Source: Bacteroidales bacterium (GTDB lineage Bacteria > Bacteroidota > Bacteroidia > Bacteroidales > UBA12077). From it: 46,308 bases of DNA. Shown in pieces: positions 1 through 8,930 of this stretch (position 1 is the stretch's first letter; each line of letters begins with the position of its first letter). The stretch lies in the NCBI GenBank assembly GCA_034002805.1, contig JAVEZW010000003.1, positions 1 to 46,308 of the forward strand. Direction: 5' to 3'. Below the pieces are notes generated by a model, which was given only the letters and a program-made list of their open reading frames with translations, searched no databases and was not told the DNA's origin. The position numbers and the translations under genes are program-made.

Positions 1-56
1 TATTTGTTATTTTTTCTATGTTTCATAATGATGACCCTTAAATAAAGATTTCGGCT

Positions 57-2351
57 ATGAAAATAAAGCTCAAAATCCAGCAAAAAATCCAGCTTTTTAT
101 TATTACTTCCTCCATTCTTATTTACATTATAGCTATTGGCTATATTAGTTTGAGTGCCAGAAAAATGGCCTACGAAAACGCTATTAACCTGACCGACAAC
201 ATCGTTCTTGAATCAGCCGGGAAAGTTAAGGTTGAGCTCGAAACGGATTTTAATATTGTTAACACCCTCTCCAAAGCATTTGTTATTTATAAAGAATTCC
301 CAATGGATAAATGGCAAAAGCTTGTTTCATCAATGTATGGCGAGATTTTCCGGACAACACCTTCGATGTATAGTATTTGGGATAGCTGGGAATTAAATGT
401 TGTTGATCCAACCTATAAAAAACCAACAGGACGATTTGTTGTAATTTACTGGAGAGATAAAGGTTCAATAAAAAGTAATATTGAGTACCGAAGCCTGGAT
501 GGAGATCCTGTACTTTACGCTGAAATTAAAAAACGTGTTCTGCCATCCATTTGGGAGCCTTACGAAGATGTTTTTGCAGATACCAAATCTGAAAAATTTT
601 TAATGACAACTATTAACTCTCCGATACTTGACGGAGGTAAATATGTTGGTATTGTTGCAATTGATATTACCCTCGACCGTTTTCAAAAAATGGTGGAAGA
701 AATAAAACCCTTCGAAGGAAGTTATGCTTTTATAGTTTCAAATAAAGGAGTTATTGCCGGACATCCTAATAAGGCATTTCTAAACATAACACTTGCCGAA
801 CTATTTCCTTCTGAGAAAAAAATTGAAGAGGTTAATAAAAAAATTGGTAAAGGCGAAAAAGTTAATTTTATAACTCAGGATTCAAACGGTAAAGATCACT
901 ATATAACCTTTGCTCCAATAACTATTGGAAACACAGGTACTCCGTGGTCTGTTGCTATTTCAGTTCCGATTAATGTAATTATGGCCAAAGCCAATAAAAA
1001 CTTCCTGATTTCAGCCATTGTTGGTGTTTTTGGCCTTATTTTATTAATTATAATAGTATTCATCATTAGTAAAAACATTACTAATCCGTTAGTTAAAATA
1101 ACACGCCTTCTTAATTTGTTATCAAAAGGACATATTGATAAAAAAATGGCTGTAAAATTAAACTCCGGTGATGAAATTGAAGAAATGGCAGAAGCTCTTA
1201 ATGATTCTATTATCGGATTAAACAAAAAAGTAGAATTTGCTAATCATATAGGAGCTGGTAACCTCAACGCCGATTTTACTCTCTTAAGCGATGATGATGT
1301 GCTTGGAAGATCGTTAATTGATATGCGAAATAGTCTTTTGAAGGCAGAGGAAGAAGATGAGAAGCGAAGACTGGAAGATGAAAAACGAAGGTGGTCAAAT
1401 GAAGGACTAGCTAAATTTGCCGAAATACTTCGTCAGAATAACAATAACCTGGACCTTTTAGCAAACGAAATTATAAGAAACCTTATTTATTATCTTCATG
1501 CAAATCAGGGTGGTATATTTATTATTAATGATCATGACAGAAGCAACATAGTACTTGAGCTTTTAGCATCATTTGCATATAACCGTAAAAAATATATTAA
1601 AAAACAAGTTCAACTCGGAGAAGGATTAGTTGGTGCATGTGCCGTTGAAAAAGAAACTATTCATCTTACTGAGATACCTCAGGATTATGTAAAAATTACG
1701 AGCGGACTTGGAGGTTCAAACCCTACGAGTTTGTTATTAGTGCCTATGCTTATTGAAAAAGATATGTTGGGTGTGATTGAAATTGCGTCTTTTAATGATT
1801 TTAAGAAACACGAAATCGAATTTGTTGAGAAAGTAGCAGAAAGTATTGCATCAACTCTTAAATCGGTAAGAATAAATATTCGAACATCACAGCTTTTAGA
1901 ACAATCGCAGCAGCAATCAGAAGAAATGGCTGCCCAAGAAGAAGAAATGAGACAAAATATGGAAGAACTCCAGGCTACTCAAGAAGAATCAGCCCGAAGA
2001 GAAGCTGAATTCAAGGGAACCCTGGATGCCATTGATCATTTTCTTTTGAAAGTAGAGTTTTCGTTTAATGGAGATATTTTGTTTGCTAATAATCAGTTTT
2101 TACAAAAATTTGAATATTCAATGAACGAAATTAAAGGATTAAAACACACAGCCTTTATTTCAGAGCAGGATACAACAAATTTCCATAAAATATGGACATC
2201 GGTAAATTCCGGATCAGGGCATCACGAAAAAATGAAACTAAAATTGAAATCAGGAAAATTAGTTGAATTTATAGTGGCAATCAGTCCGGTTTATGTAAGC
2301 GATGAGATTGAAAAAATTATTCTATTAGCCATCGATCCATCATTGTTTTAG
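57..2351 (+). CDS. Membrane sensor protein, paralog 1 of 3: TM - Cache-like extracytoplasmic domain - TM - HAMP - GAF - coiled coil - PAS-like tail; no recognisable output domain
   Basis: 764-aa ORF. N-terminal TM helix (LFIITSSILIYIIAIGYISL). About 280 aa of hydrophilic sequence with Cache-like blocks (WDSWELN, RSLDGDP, FEGSYAF..AGHP). Second TM (LISAIVGVFGLILLIIIVFII). HAMP-like NITNPL...SGDEIEEMAEALN. GAF-like ANQGG...GEGLVGACAVEKETI...SGLGGSNP...GVIEIASF. Then the QQQSEEMAAQEEEMRQNMEELQATQEE heptad segment and a ~110-aa PAS-like tail. No H-box, HATPase, GGDEF, EAL or MCP hairpin motif seen. Confidence 0.8.
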   Translation: MKIKLKIQQKIQLFIITSSILIYIIAIGYISLSARKMAYENAINLTDNIVLESAGKVKVELETDFNIVNTLSKAFVIYKEFPMDKWQKLVSSMYGEIFRTTPSMYSIWDSWELNVVDPTYKKPTGRFVVIYWRDKGSIKSNIEYRSLDGDPVLYAEIKKRVLPSIWEPYEDVFADTKSEKFLMTTINSPILDGGKYVGIVAIDITLDRFQKMVEEIKPFEGSYAFIVSNKGVIAGHPNKAFLNITLAELFPSEKKIEEVNKKIGKGEKVNFITQDSNGKDHYITFAPITIGNTGTPWSVAISVPINVIMAKANKNFLISAIVGVFGLILLIIIVFIISKNITNPLVKITRLLNLLSKGHIDKKMAVKLNSGDEIEEMAEALNDSIIGLNKKVEFANHIGAGNLNADFTLLSDDDVLGRSLIDMRNSLLKAEEEDEKRRLEDEKRRWSNEGLAKFAEILRQNNNNLDLLANEIIRNLIYYLHANQGGIFIINDHDRSNIVLELLASFAYNRKKYIKKQVQLGEGLVGACAVEKETIHLTEIPQDYVKITSGLGGSNPTSLLLVPMLIEKDMLGVIEIASFNDFKKHEIEFVEKVAESIASTLKSVRINIRTSQLLEQSQQQSEEMAAQEEEMRQNMEELQATQEESARREAEFKGTLDAIDHFLLKVEFSFNGDILFANNQFLQKFEYSMNEIKGLKHTAFISEQDTTNFHKIWTSVNSGSGHHEKMKLKLKSGKLVEFIVAISPVYVSDEIEKIILLAIDPSLF

Positions 2352-2425
2352 GAAGTAGAATTTTGGACAGGTTTGATTCATAATAAGATTGTTGAAGTAA
2401 TTAGAAAATGAAAAATTAAAAAGAT

Positions 2426-4732
2426 ATGAAGATTAAGCTCAATTTAAGAAACAAGATGCAATTATACCTGATAACCGCCTCGGTTGCTATTTATGTAATA
2501 GCAATTGGTTATATAAGTGTAAACGCAAAAAAAGCAGCTTATAATGATTCGGTAGAGATTGTAAATACTTACGTTGAGAAATATGCTTTTCAGATTCAAT
2601 CAGACATGAATGAGTATTTTGCAACAGTAAGAACCCTTGCAAAAGCATTTTCTATTTATAATACGATGCCAAGGCAAACCTGGGATCCTTTGTTCAACAA
2701 AATGTACGATAAGGTTTATCGTGATAACTCAGAGTTTTATAAACTTTGGGATAGCTGGGAGCTAAATAAATTTGACGAAAATTGGACAAAACCAACTGGT
2801 AGAATTGCAAATGTTTACTCCCGCGTAAATGGAGTAGTGCATTTTAAACAAGATATTAGGAGCCTTGATGGCGATCCTGCAGTGTATGCCTACATAAAAC
2901 AACATGCCAAAGAATTAGTATTACCCATTTATTTCGATGTTTACACTGATGAGCTCGAAGATACTAAATTAATGACAAGCCTTGTGTCACCGATTATCGT
3001 TGATAACCAATATCATGGAATGATTGGTGTAGATTTAATTCTTGAGAAGTTTCAGGATATGGTCGAAAAGATCAAACTTAAACAGTTTGAAGGATCATAC
3101 GCATTTTTACTAAGCCAGGAGGCTAAATATGCAGGACATCCCAAAACTGAATTATTAAACCAAACAGCCGAATTTACCTTAAAAACAGGTGAAAAATTTG
3201 ATCTGTTAAATGCTTTTAATAAAGGAGAACAGTTCTCTATTATTACAAAAGATGAGGCTAACTCAACCCATTTTGTTGCCTTTGCTCCCATAAAAATTGG
3301 AAGAACAAATACCCCCTGGTATATTGGTTTATCCGTTCCAACCAATTCCATTATGGCTATGGCCGATCGAAACTTTATGATTTCGATTCTGGTTGGTATC
3401 TGTGGAATAATTATCCTTGCTTTAATAATTTACTTTATTACAAAAAACATATCCGATCCGATTCAAAAGATAACTGAGTTCCTTAACCTGCTTGCCAAAG
3501 GGAAAACCAGCGTTAAAATGGCATTTATTATAAATACTGGTGATGAAATTGAAGAAATGTCGAAAGCATTAAATACATCGATAATAGAACTCAACAAAAA
3601 AACAGACTTTGCAAATCAGATTGGACTTGGAAACCTTGATCATGAATTTAAGCTTGTAAGTGACGAGGATGAATTAGGTATTGCCTTAATAAATATGCGT
3701 AATAGCTTGACCCAGGCACGTGCTGAAGAGGAAAAAAGAAAAACAGAAGATGAAAAACGCCGATGGACAAACGAAGGATTGGCAAAATTTGCGGATATTT
3801 TAAGGCAGAATAATAATGATCTGGAAAAACTGTCGAATGAAATTATTAAAAACCTGGTTTATTATCTTAATGCTAATCAGGGAGGACTGTTTTTACTCAA
3901 TGATGACGATAAAAACCACCAGTTTCTTCAGTTAATTTCGGCTTTTGCATACGATTCTAAGAAATTTGTTGAGCGTACTATAGAGCTTGGAGATGGAATA
4001 GTGGGAACCTGTGCAATTGAAAGAGAAACAATTTACATGACGGATATTCCACAGGATTATATTTCAATAACCTCTGGGCTGGGAGGTGCAAATCCCGATT
4101 CATTGCTTATTGTACCATTGAATATGGAAGACAAAATTTATGGAGTAATTGAATTAGCATCTTTTAAAAAATTTGAAGATTACCAGATTGATTTTGTCGA
4201 AAAAGTGGGACAAAATATCGCGTCGACATTGTCATCAGTTCAAATAAATATTAAAACCAATGAACTTCTGGAAAAATTCCAGCAGCAATCAGAAGAAATG
4301 GCCGCCCAGGAAGAGGAGATGCGTCAAAATATGGAAGAGCTGCAAGCAACACAAGAAGAAGCAGCCCGAAAAGGAGCCGAAATGGAGAGTTTAATTCATG
4401 CACTCGACCAATCGAGCTATGTTATTGAATATGATCTCGATGGATATATTACCAAAGCCAATGATAATTATCTGAATCTCTTAAATATGAAAAGGTCAGA
4501 TATTATTGGTGTTCATCATGCTGATAAAATGGAGTTTGATGATCAGCAAAAAACTGAGTACAATAAATTCTGGACAGATTTAAGACTCGGAAAAACACGG
4601 AAAGAGAGAACAAGGGCTACAGTAAATGGAAAAACATATCACTTCTTTGAAATCTATTCGCCTCTGTTCGACGAAAACGGAACTGTTTCAAAAATCTTAA
4701 AGATTTCTCATGAGTTATCTGATTTTAAATAA
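2426..4732 (+). CDS. Membrane sensor protein, paralog 2 of 3 (Cache-HAMP-GAF-coiled coil-PAS), no recognisable output domain
   Basis: 768-aa ORF starting 74 bp after paralog 1 and collinear with it: MKIKLNLRNKMQLYLITASVAIYVIAIGYIS, WDSWELN, RSLDGDP, FEGSYAF, TGDEIEEMSKALN, NEGLAKFADILRQNN, ANQGG, SGLGGANP, VIELASF, QQQSEEMAAQEEEMRQNMEELQATQEE. The C-terminal PAS-like module (SSYVIEYDLDGYITKANDNYLNLL...KFWTDLRLGKTRKE) is shared with paralog 3. Confidence 0.8.
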   Translation: MKIKLNLRNKMQLYLITASVAIYVIAIGYISVNAKKAAYNDSVEIVNTYVEKYAFQIQSDMNEYFATVRTLAKAFSIYNTMPRQTWDPLFNKMYDKVYRDNSEFYKLWDSWELNKFDENWTKPTGRIANVYSRVNGVVHFKQDIRSLDGDPAVYAYIKQHAKELVLPIYFDVYTDELEDTKLMTSLVSPIIVDNQYHGMIGVDLILEKFQDMVEKIKLKQFEGSYAFLLSQEAKYAGHPKTELLNQTAEFTLKTGEKFDLLNAFNKGEQFSIITKDEANSTHFVAFAPIKIGRTNTPWYIGLSVPTNSIMAMADRNFMISILVGICGIIILALIIYFITKNISDPIQKITEFLNLLAKGKTSVKMAFIINTGDEIEEMSKALNTSIIELNKKTDFANQIGLGNLDHEFKLVSDEDELGIALINMRNSLTQARAEEEKRKTEDEKRRWTNEGLAKFADILRQNNNDLEKLSNEIIKNLVYYLNANQGGLFLLNDDDKNHQFLQLISAFAYDSKKFVERTIELGDGIVGTCAIERETIYMTDIPQDYISITSGLGGANPDSLLIVPLNMEDKIYGVIELASFKKFEDYQIDFVEKVGQNIASTLSSVQINIKTNELLEKFQQQSEEMAAQEEEMRQNMEELQATQEEAARKGAEMESLIHALDQSSYVIEYDLDGYITKANDNYLNLLNMKRSDIIGVHHADKMEFDDQQKTEYNKFWTDLRLGKTRKERTRATVNGKTYHFFEIYSPLFDENGTVSKILKISHELSDFK

Positions 4733-4759
4733 GAATCGTAAAAGTAAATTATAAAAGCT

Positions 4760-7069
4760 ATGAAGCTCAGACTTAAAATACAACAAAAGATACAGCTGTT
4801 TATTATTTCATCAACTATCATTATTTACCTTATAGCTGTGGGTTATATTAGTTTAAATGCTCGTAAAATTGCATACAACGATGCAACAGAACTAACCAAC
4901 ACCCATGTTCAGGAAGCCGCTAAACAGATAAAAGCACAGCTCGATGCCGATATGATGGTTGTTAAAACGCTTACCGATGCATTTTATCTTTATAAAGAGT
5001 TTCCGAAAGATGAGTGGCAAGATTTGGTGCATAAAATCTATTTTAATGTTTTTAAAAACAATCCTCATATTTATGGCCTTTGGGATAGCTGGGAGCTCGG
5101 TTTTATTGATAAAAACTACGACAAGCCTTATGGACGAATCTGCCATACATATTGGAGAGAAAATGGTGCTATAAAGAACAGCATAGAATACAGAAGTATG
5201 ACCGGTGATCCTCCATTATATACCATAACCAAATCTTTATTGGTACCATCGGTTGCAGAACCTTATTTTGATATTGTTACAGCCGACAAAACAGCATCAT
5301 ATCTAATGTTTAGCTTAAGATCGCCAATGCTTGTAAACAATCAATTTGCTGGTGTTGTTGCAATTGATATCACTCTTGAAGAGTTTCAAAAAATAATTGA
5401 AAGTATCAAACCTTTTAATGGGAGTTATGCCTTTTTACTTTCTAATAAATCGGTAATTGCGGGACATTACCAAACTGATTTGCTCAACCAGAAATTTGAA
5501 GAAGTATTTCCACAAGACGAAAAACAGTTTAAAGTTTCTGAAAAGATTACAAAAGGTGAAAGTTTTAACTATATAAGTAACGATGCCAATGGAGTTCCAA
5601 CATATTACTCGTATGCTCCTATTCTGGTAAAACATACCGTAAATCCATGGTCGATTGCTATTGCTGTACCTGTGGCCGAAATTATGACAAAAGCCAACAG
5701 AAGCTTTAGGATATCAATTCTTGTTGGTATTGCAGGTATTCTAATAATGATAATTGTGATTTACTTTATAGGACGAAATATAACCAATCCTATAACCAAA
5801 ATTACTAAACTCTTAAACCTTGTTGCTAAAGGACATATTGATGAAAAAATGCGAATTGAAATCTCTTCTGGAGATGAAATTGAAGAAATGGCTCTAGCTC
5901 TAAATAAATCAATTGAAGGATTAAATAATAAAGTTGAATTTGCCAACAATATCGGACAAGGAAATTTAAATCACGAATTTGCATTATTAAGCGAAGACGA
6001 TGTACTCGGAAAATCGCTTATAGAGATGAGAAATAGTCTTGTAAAAGCCCGTGAAGAAGAAGAGAAGAGGAAAATGGAAGATAGTAATCGTCAGTGGGCA
6101 AACGAAGGACTTGCAAAATTTGCTGATATCCTAAGGCAAAACAACGATAACCTTGAAACCCTTGCTACCGAAATAATTATGAACTTAGTTAATTATCTCA
6201 ATGCAAATCAGGGTGGTGTATTTATTCTAAACGACGATGATAAGGAACATGTGTTTTTATCAATGCTTTCTGCATTTGCTTTTGACCGACGTAAGTTTTT
6301 GCAAAAAAATATCGATTTAGGCGAAGGACTTGTTGGTACATGTGCCGTTGAAAAAAGAACAATTTTTATGACCTCTTTGCCACAGGATTATATCGAAATC
6401 ACTTCTGGCCTCGGTGGAGCAAATCCAAACTGCTTATTAATAGTTCCTCTTAAGCTAGAAGAAACAGTGCTTGGGGTACTCGAAATAGCATCGTTCAATG
6501 TATTTAAAAAGCATGAGGTTGAGTTTGTAGAGAAATTGGCAGAAAGTATTGCATCTACATTATCGGCTGTAAGAATTAGTATCAGAACTACCGAACTTCT
6601 TGAAAGATCGCAACAGCAAGCAGAAGAAATGGCGGCACAAGAAGAAGAAGTACGTCAGAATATGGAAGAACTACAGGCCACACAAGAAGAATCAGCGCGT
6701 AAAAGTGCCGAAATGGAAGGATTAATTGAGGCTTTAAATACCTCAAGTTATGTAATTGAATATGATACCGAGGGATATATTCAGAATGTAAACGATAATT
6801 ACCTTTCGTTAATTGGAATGAGCAAACACGAAGTTTTGGGTACACATCACTCCGGAAATATTGAATTTACAGAACAGCAACAAGACGATTACGATAAATT
6901 CTGGAAAGATCTAAGAACAGGAAAGGTTCGCAAAGAAACAACCAAAATAAGTATTAAAGGAAAACAGTTTCTATTTGCCGAAACCTACACTCCAATAAGA
7001 AACTCTGATGGTGAAATATATAAGATCCTTAAGATTTCTAATAATATCACTGATTTTCAGAAAAAATAA
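4760..7069 (+). CDS. Membrane sensor protein, paralog 3 of 3 (Cache-HAMP-GAF-coiled coil-PAS), no recognisable output domain
   Basis: 769-aa ORF starting 27 bp after paralog 2, with the same block order: WDSWELG, RSMTGDP, FNGSYAF, SGDEIEEMALALN, NEGLAKFADILRQNN, ANQGG, SGLGGANP, VLEIASF, QQQAEEMAAQEEEVRQNMEELQATQEE. The PAS-like tail reads SSYVIEYDTEGYIQNVNDNYLSLI...KFWKDLRTGKVRKE. Confidence 0.8.
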   Translation: MKLRLKIQQKIQLFIISSTIIIYLIAVGYISLNARKIAYNDATELTNTHVQEAAKQIKAQLDADMMVVKTLTDAFYLYKEFPKDEWQDLVHKIYFNVFKNNPHIYGLWDSWELGFIDKNYDKPYGRICHTYWRENGAIKNSIEYRSMTGDPPLYTITKSLLVPSVAEPYFDIVTADKTASYLMFSLRSPMLVNNQFAGVVAIDITLEEFQKIIESIKPFNGSYAFLLSNKSVIAGHYQTDLLNQKFEEVFPQDEKQFKVSEKITKGESFNYISNDANGVPTYYSYAPILVKHTVNPWSIAIAVPVAEIMTKANRSFRISILVGIAGILIMIIVIYFIGRNITNPITKITKLLNLVAKGHIDEKMRIEISSGDEIEEMALALNKSIEGLNNKVEFANNIGQGNLNHEFALLSEDDVLGKSLIEMRNSLVKAREEEEKRKMEDSNRQWANEGLAKFADILRQNNDNLETLATEIIMNLVNYLNANQGGVFILNDDDKEHVFLSMLSAFAFDRRKFLQKNIDLGEGLVGTCAVEKRTIFMTSLPQDYIEITSGLGGANPNCLLIVPLKLEETVLGVLEIASFNVFKKHEVEFVEKLAESIASTLSAVRISIRTTELLERSQQQAEEMAAQEEEVRQNMEELQATQEESARKSAEMEGLIEALNTSSYVIEYDTEGYIQNVNDNYLSLIGMSKHEVLGTHHSGNIEFTEQQQDDYDKFWKDLRTGKVRKETTKISIKGKQFLFAETYTPIRNSDGEIYKILKISNNITDFQKK

Positions 7070-7086
7070 TTCTCCACCTTCACATA

Positions 7087-7120
7087 AAAAAAGATCCTGC
7101 AAATTTGCAGGATCTTTTTT
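7087..7120. terminator. Bidirectional rho-independent terminator between convergent genes
   Basis: Perfect 34-nt palindrome aaaaaagatcctgcaaa/tttgcaggatctttttt. It has a GC-containing stem, an A-tract on one side and a T-tract on the other. It sits between the stop of the third sensor (7069, +) and the stop of the TPR gene (7142, -). Confidence 0.6.
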
Positions 7121-7141
7121 ATTTTCTATTCACCTATTTAT

Positions 7142-8122
7142 TTACTGGCATTTTAAAACTGTTTCAATTTGATATTTAGCCTGAGCTGCATAATCTCCTT
7201 TATTTGCTTTTTTGTAAGCATCGCAGGCAGCCGCGTTATCCGTTTTACCTACATAAGAATTACCTAACTCAAAATAAATTCGTGCATTTTTATTGGCATC
7301 CTGATCTGCAAATAATTCAAGTGATTTATTTGCGGCAACAATAGCTTCATCCCATTTAGATACTTTATTATAAGCTGATGCCAATTGATAATAAATCTCT
7401 GAATCGCCTTCTTTATAATTTAATAATGCATTAAAATGACTTATTGCATTATCATATTTCTTTGCTTTTACAGCTTCAGCCCCATTTCTTAGAAAGAAAT
7501 TGCTTGCTAACTGCTTGGCTATATCTTCTGATTTAGCATCATTAGTTTGAATTGTAACTTCCAGCGCCTTGTCAATGGTTTCTTTAAATTCAGTTGCTTT
7601 ATTAGTCTCATCATAAACCTGGGCTTTACGAATATAAGCAGTAGCATAGGTTGGATCAAGTTCAATTGATTTATTTAAAAGCACTAACGCCTCATCGTAT
7701 TTCTTTAAGTCAAATTGCTCTTTCCCTTTAGCATAATATACTTTAGGAATAGCACTGTTTGCTCTCTTAAGATATTTCTCGTTATTATAGGTTGTAGAAT
7801 ATTCAACCAACGATTGGAAAGATGTAAGGCAATCATCATATTTTTTTTCTTTGAGTTGTGTGCTTGCTTTCTTGTACAATACAACCAATACCTGTTCTTC
7901 GGCTTTTGGTTTGTTTTCGTTTGCTGGTTCAACCTGATTAAATATTTCGATTGCACTTTTAAACGATGCTATTGCTTCATCATAGTTATCAAGCTGAGAT
8001 AATTCGATTCCTTTGTTAAAAGCTGTTAACGCATCATTAACCGTTTGGGCTTTTATAAATTGTGCGCTTCCAGTGATAAATACTAAGACAATAAGCGTTT
8101 TAAAAAATAATTTCAATTTCAT
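7142..8122 (-). CDS. Secreted/periplasmic tetratricopeptide (TPR) repeat protein
   Basis: 326-aa ORF. Signal-peptide-like N-terminus MKLKLFFKTLIVLVFITGSAQFIKAQ. Repeated ~34-aa units with the TPR signature (..YDEAI..F..AIE.., YDEALVLLNKSIELDP.YA.AY..KA, WDEAIVAANKSLEL). Confidence 0.8.
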   Translation of the reverse strand: MKLKLFFKTLIVLVFITGSAQFIKAQTVNDALTAFNKGIELSQLDNYDEAIASFKSAIEIFNQVEPANENKPKAEEQVLVVLYKKASTQLKEKKYDDCLTSFQSLVEYSTTYNNEKYLKRANSAIPKVYYAKGKEQFDLKKYDEALVLLNKSIELDPTYATAYIRKAQVYDETNKATEFKETIDKALEVTIQTNDAKSEDIAKQLASNFFLRNGAEAVKAKKYDNAISHFNALLNYKEGDSEIYYQLASAYNKVSKWDEAIVAANKSLELFADQDANKNARIYFELGNSYVGKTDNAAACDAYKKANKGDYAAQAKYQIETVLKCQ

Positions 8123-8226
8123 AATTGTGAGTTTTTATTAGTTACTTTTTAATAGTGGGTTTAAAAATATAAAAATGATTAGTAATACAAAACATTTACA
8201 AATTAATTTTAAAATCATTACAAAAA

Positions 8227-8871
8227 CTAAACCAACTTATCCGAAGGAGATAACTTATAGTATATCTGGTTTTCAGTAAATTTGATTTCGAGTAAATTAA
8301 GAACAATTAAATTAACCAAAATCTTTTCGGCTTTATATTTTGAGATATTCGCAAGCTTTTTAAATTTCGAAAACGTGATCATTTCATTTTCTAAAAGATA
8401 GTTAAAGAGAAGCTTCTCTATATCAGTATATCGTACCAAAACCCCTTTTGATGCTTTTCTTTTTTGCCATACCTTAAGAAGAACACTGTTCGCAATAAAA
8501 TTCTGATCATTCACACGCACATATACCATCCATTTTCCGTCTTTATTGGGTGCTGAATAAACAATATCGTTACTTTTAGGGACAGTAATCTCAAGAACTG
8601 TTTTGTCATTGATCTCCCAGATCTTGGATTCGAAAGGCATTTGTGGTTTACAATACAACTGAGCTGCAGCCTGAACCATATAAAACTCTTCATCGTCGTG
8701 AACACCTGCTATTGCTCCATTGTCTTTCACCCCTACCAATAACTTACCACCATCGGTATTAGCAAAAGCAACCAGAGATCGGGCAATTTTTTTTGAATCG
8801 CTTATAGAATGTTTAAAGTCAAGCTGTTGATTTTCACCAAGTCTTATCAAATTTTGAATATGATGACTCAT
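8227..8871 (-). CDS. Small AlbA_2 (Schlafen-like / divergent-AAA type) putative nucleic-acid-binding protein with a helix-turn-helix-like C-terminus
   Basis: 214-aa ORF. The N-terminal block GENQQLDFKHSISDSKKIARSLVAFANTDGGKLLVGVKDNGAIAGV matches the E..LEFK ... AFAN..GG.L.iGV.D.G...G signature of the AlbA_2 domain as I recall it. The C-terminal ~70 aa (ITFSKFKKLANISKYKAEKILVNLIVLNLLE) looks like a winged helix. Family assignment comes from motif memory only. Confidence 0.6.
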   Translation of the reverse strand: MSHHIQNLIRLGENQQLDFKHSISDSKKIARSLVAFANTDGGKLLVGVKDNGAIAGVHDDEEFYMVQAAAQLYCKPQMPFESKIWEINDKTVLEITVPKSNDIVYSAPNKDGKWMVYVRVNDQNFIANSVLLKVWQKRKASKGVLVRYTDIEKLLFNYLLENEMITFSKFKKLANISKYKAEKILVNLIVLNLLEIKFTENQIYYKLSPSDKLV

Positions 8872-8930
8872 AAAATGATTGTATTATTTGTGAAAATAAT
8901 ACTTTTAAAGACAACAATGATTATGGATTT

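Noticed and set aside
57-7069. Interpreting the three Cache-HAMP proteins as methyl-accepting chemotaxis proteins
   Set aside because: Cache plus HAMP initially suggests MCPs. However, there is no MCP signalling hairpin (no ...LALNA.IEAARAGE...-type block) and no methylation helices. A GAF and a PAS-like module follow instead.
8882-8901. Hairpin tattattt-gtga-aaataata as an atpG terminator
   Set aside because: The stem is AT-only (8 bp) with no following T-run on the transcribed strand. It is too weak to call a terminator.
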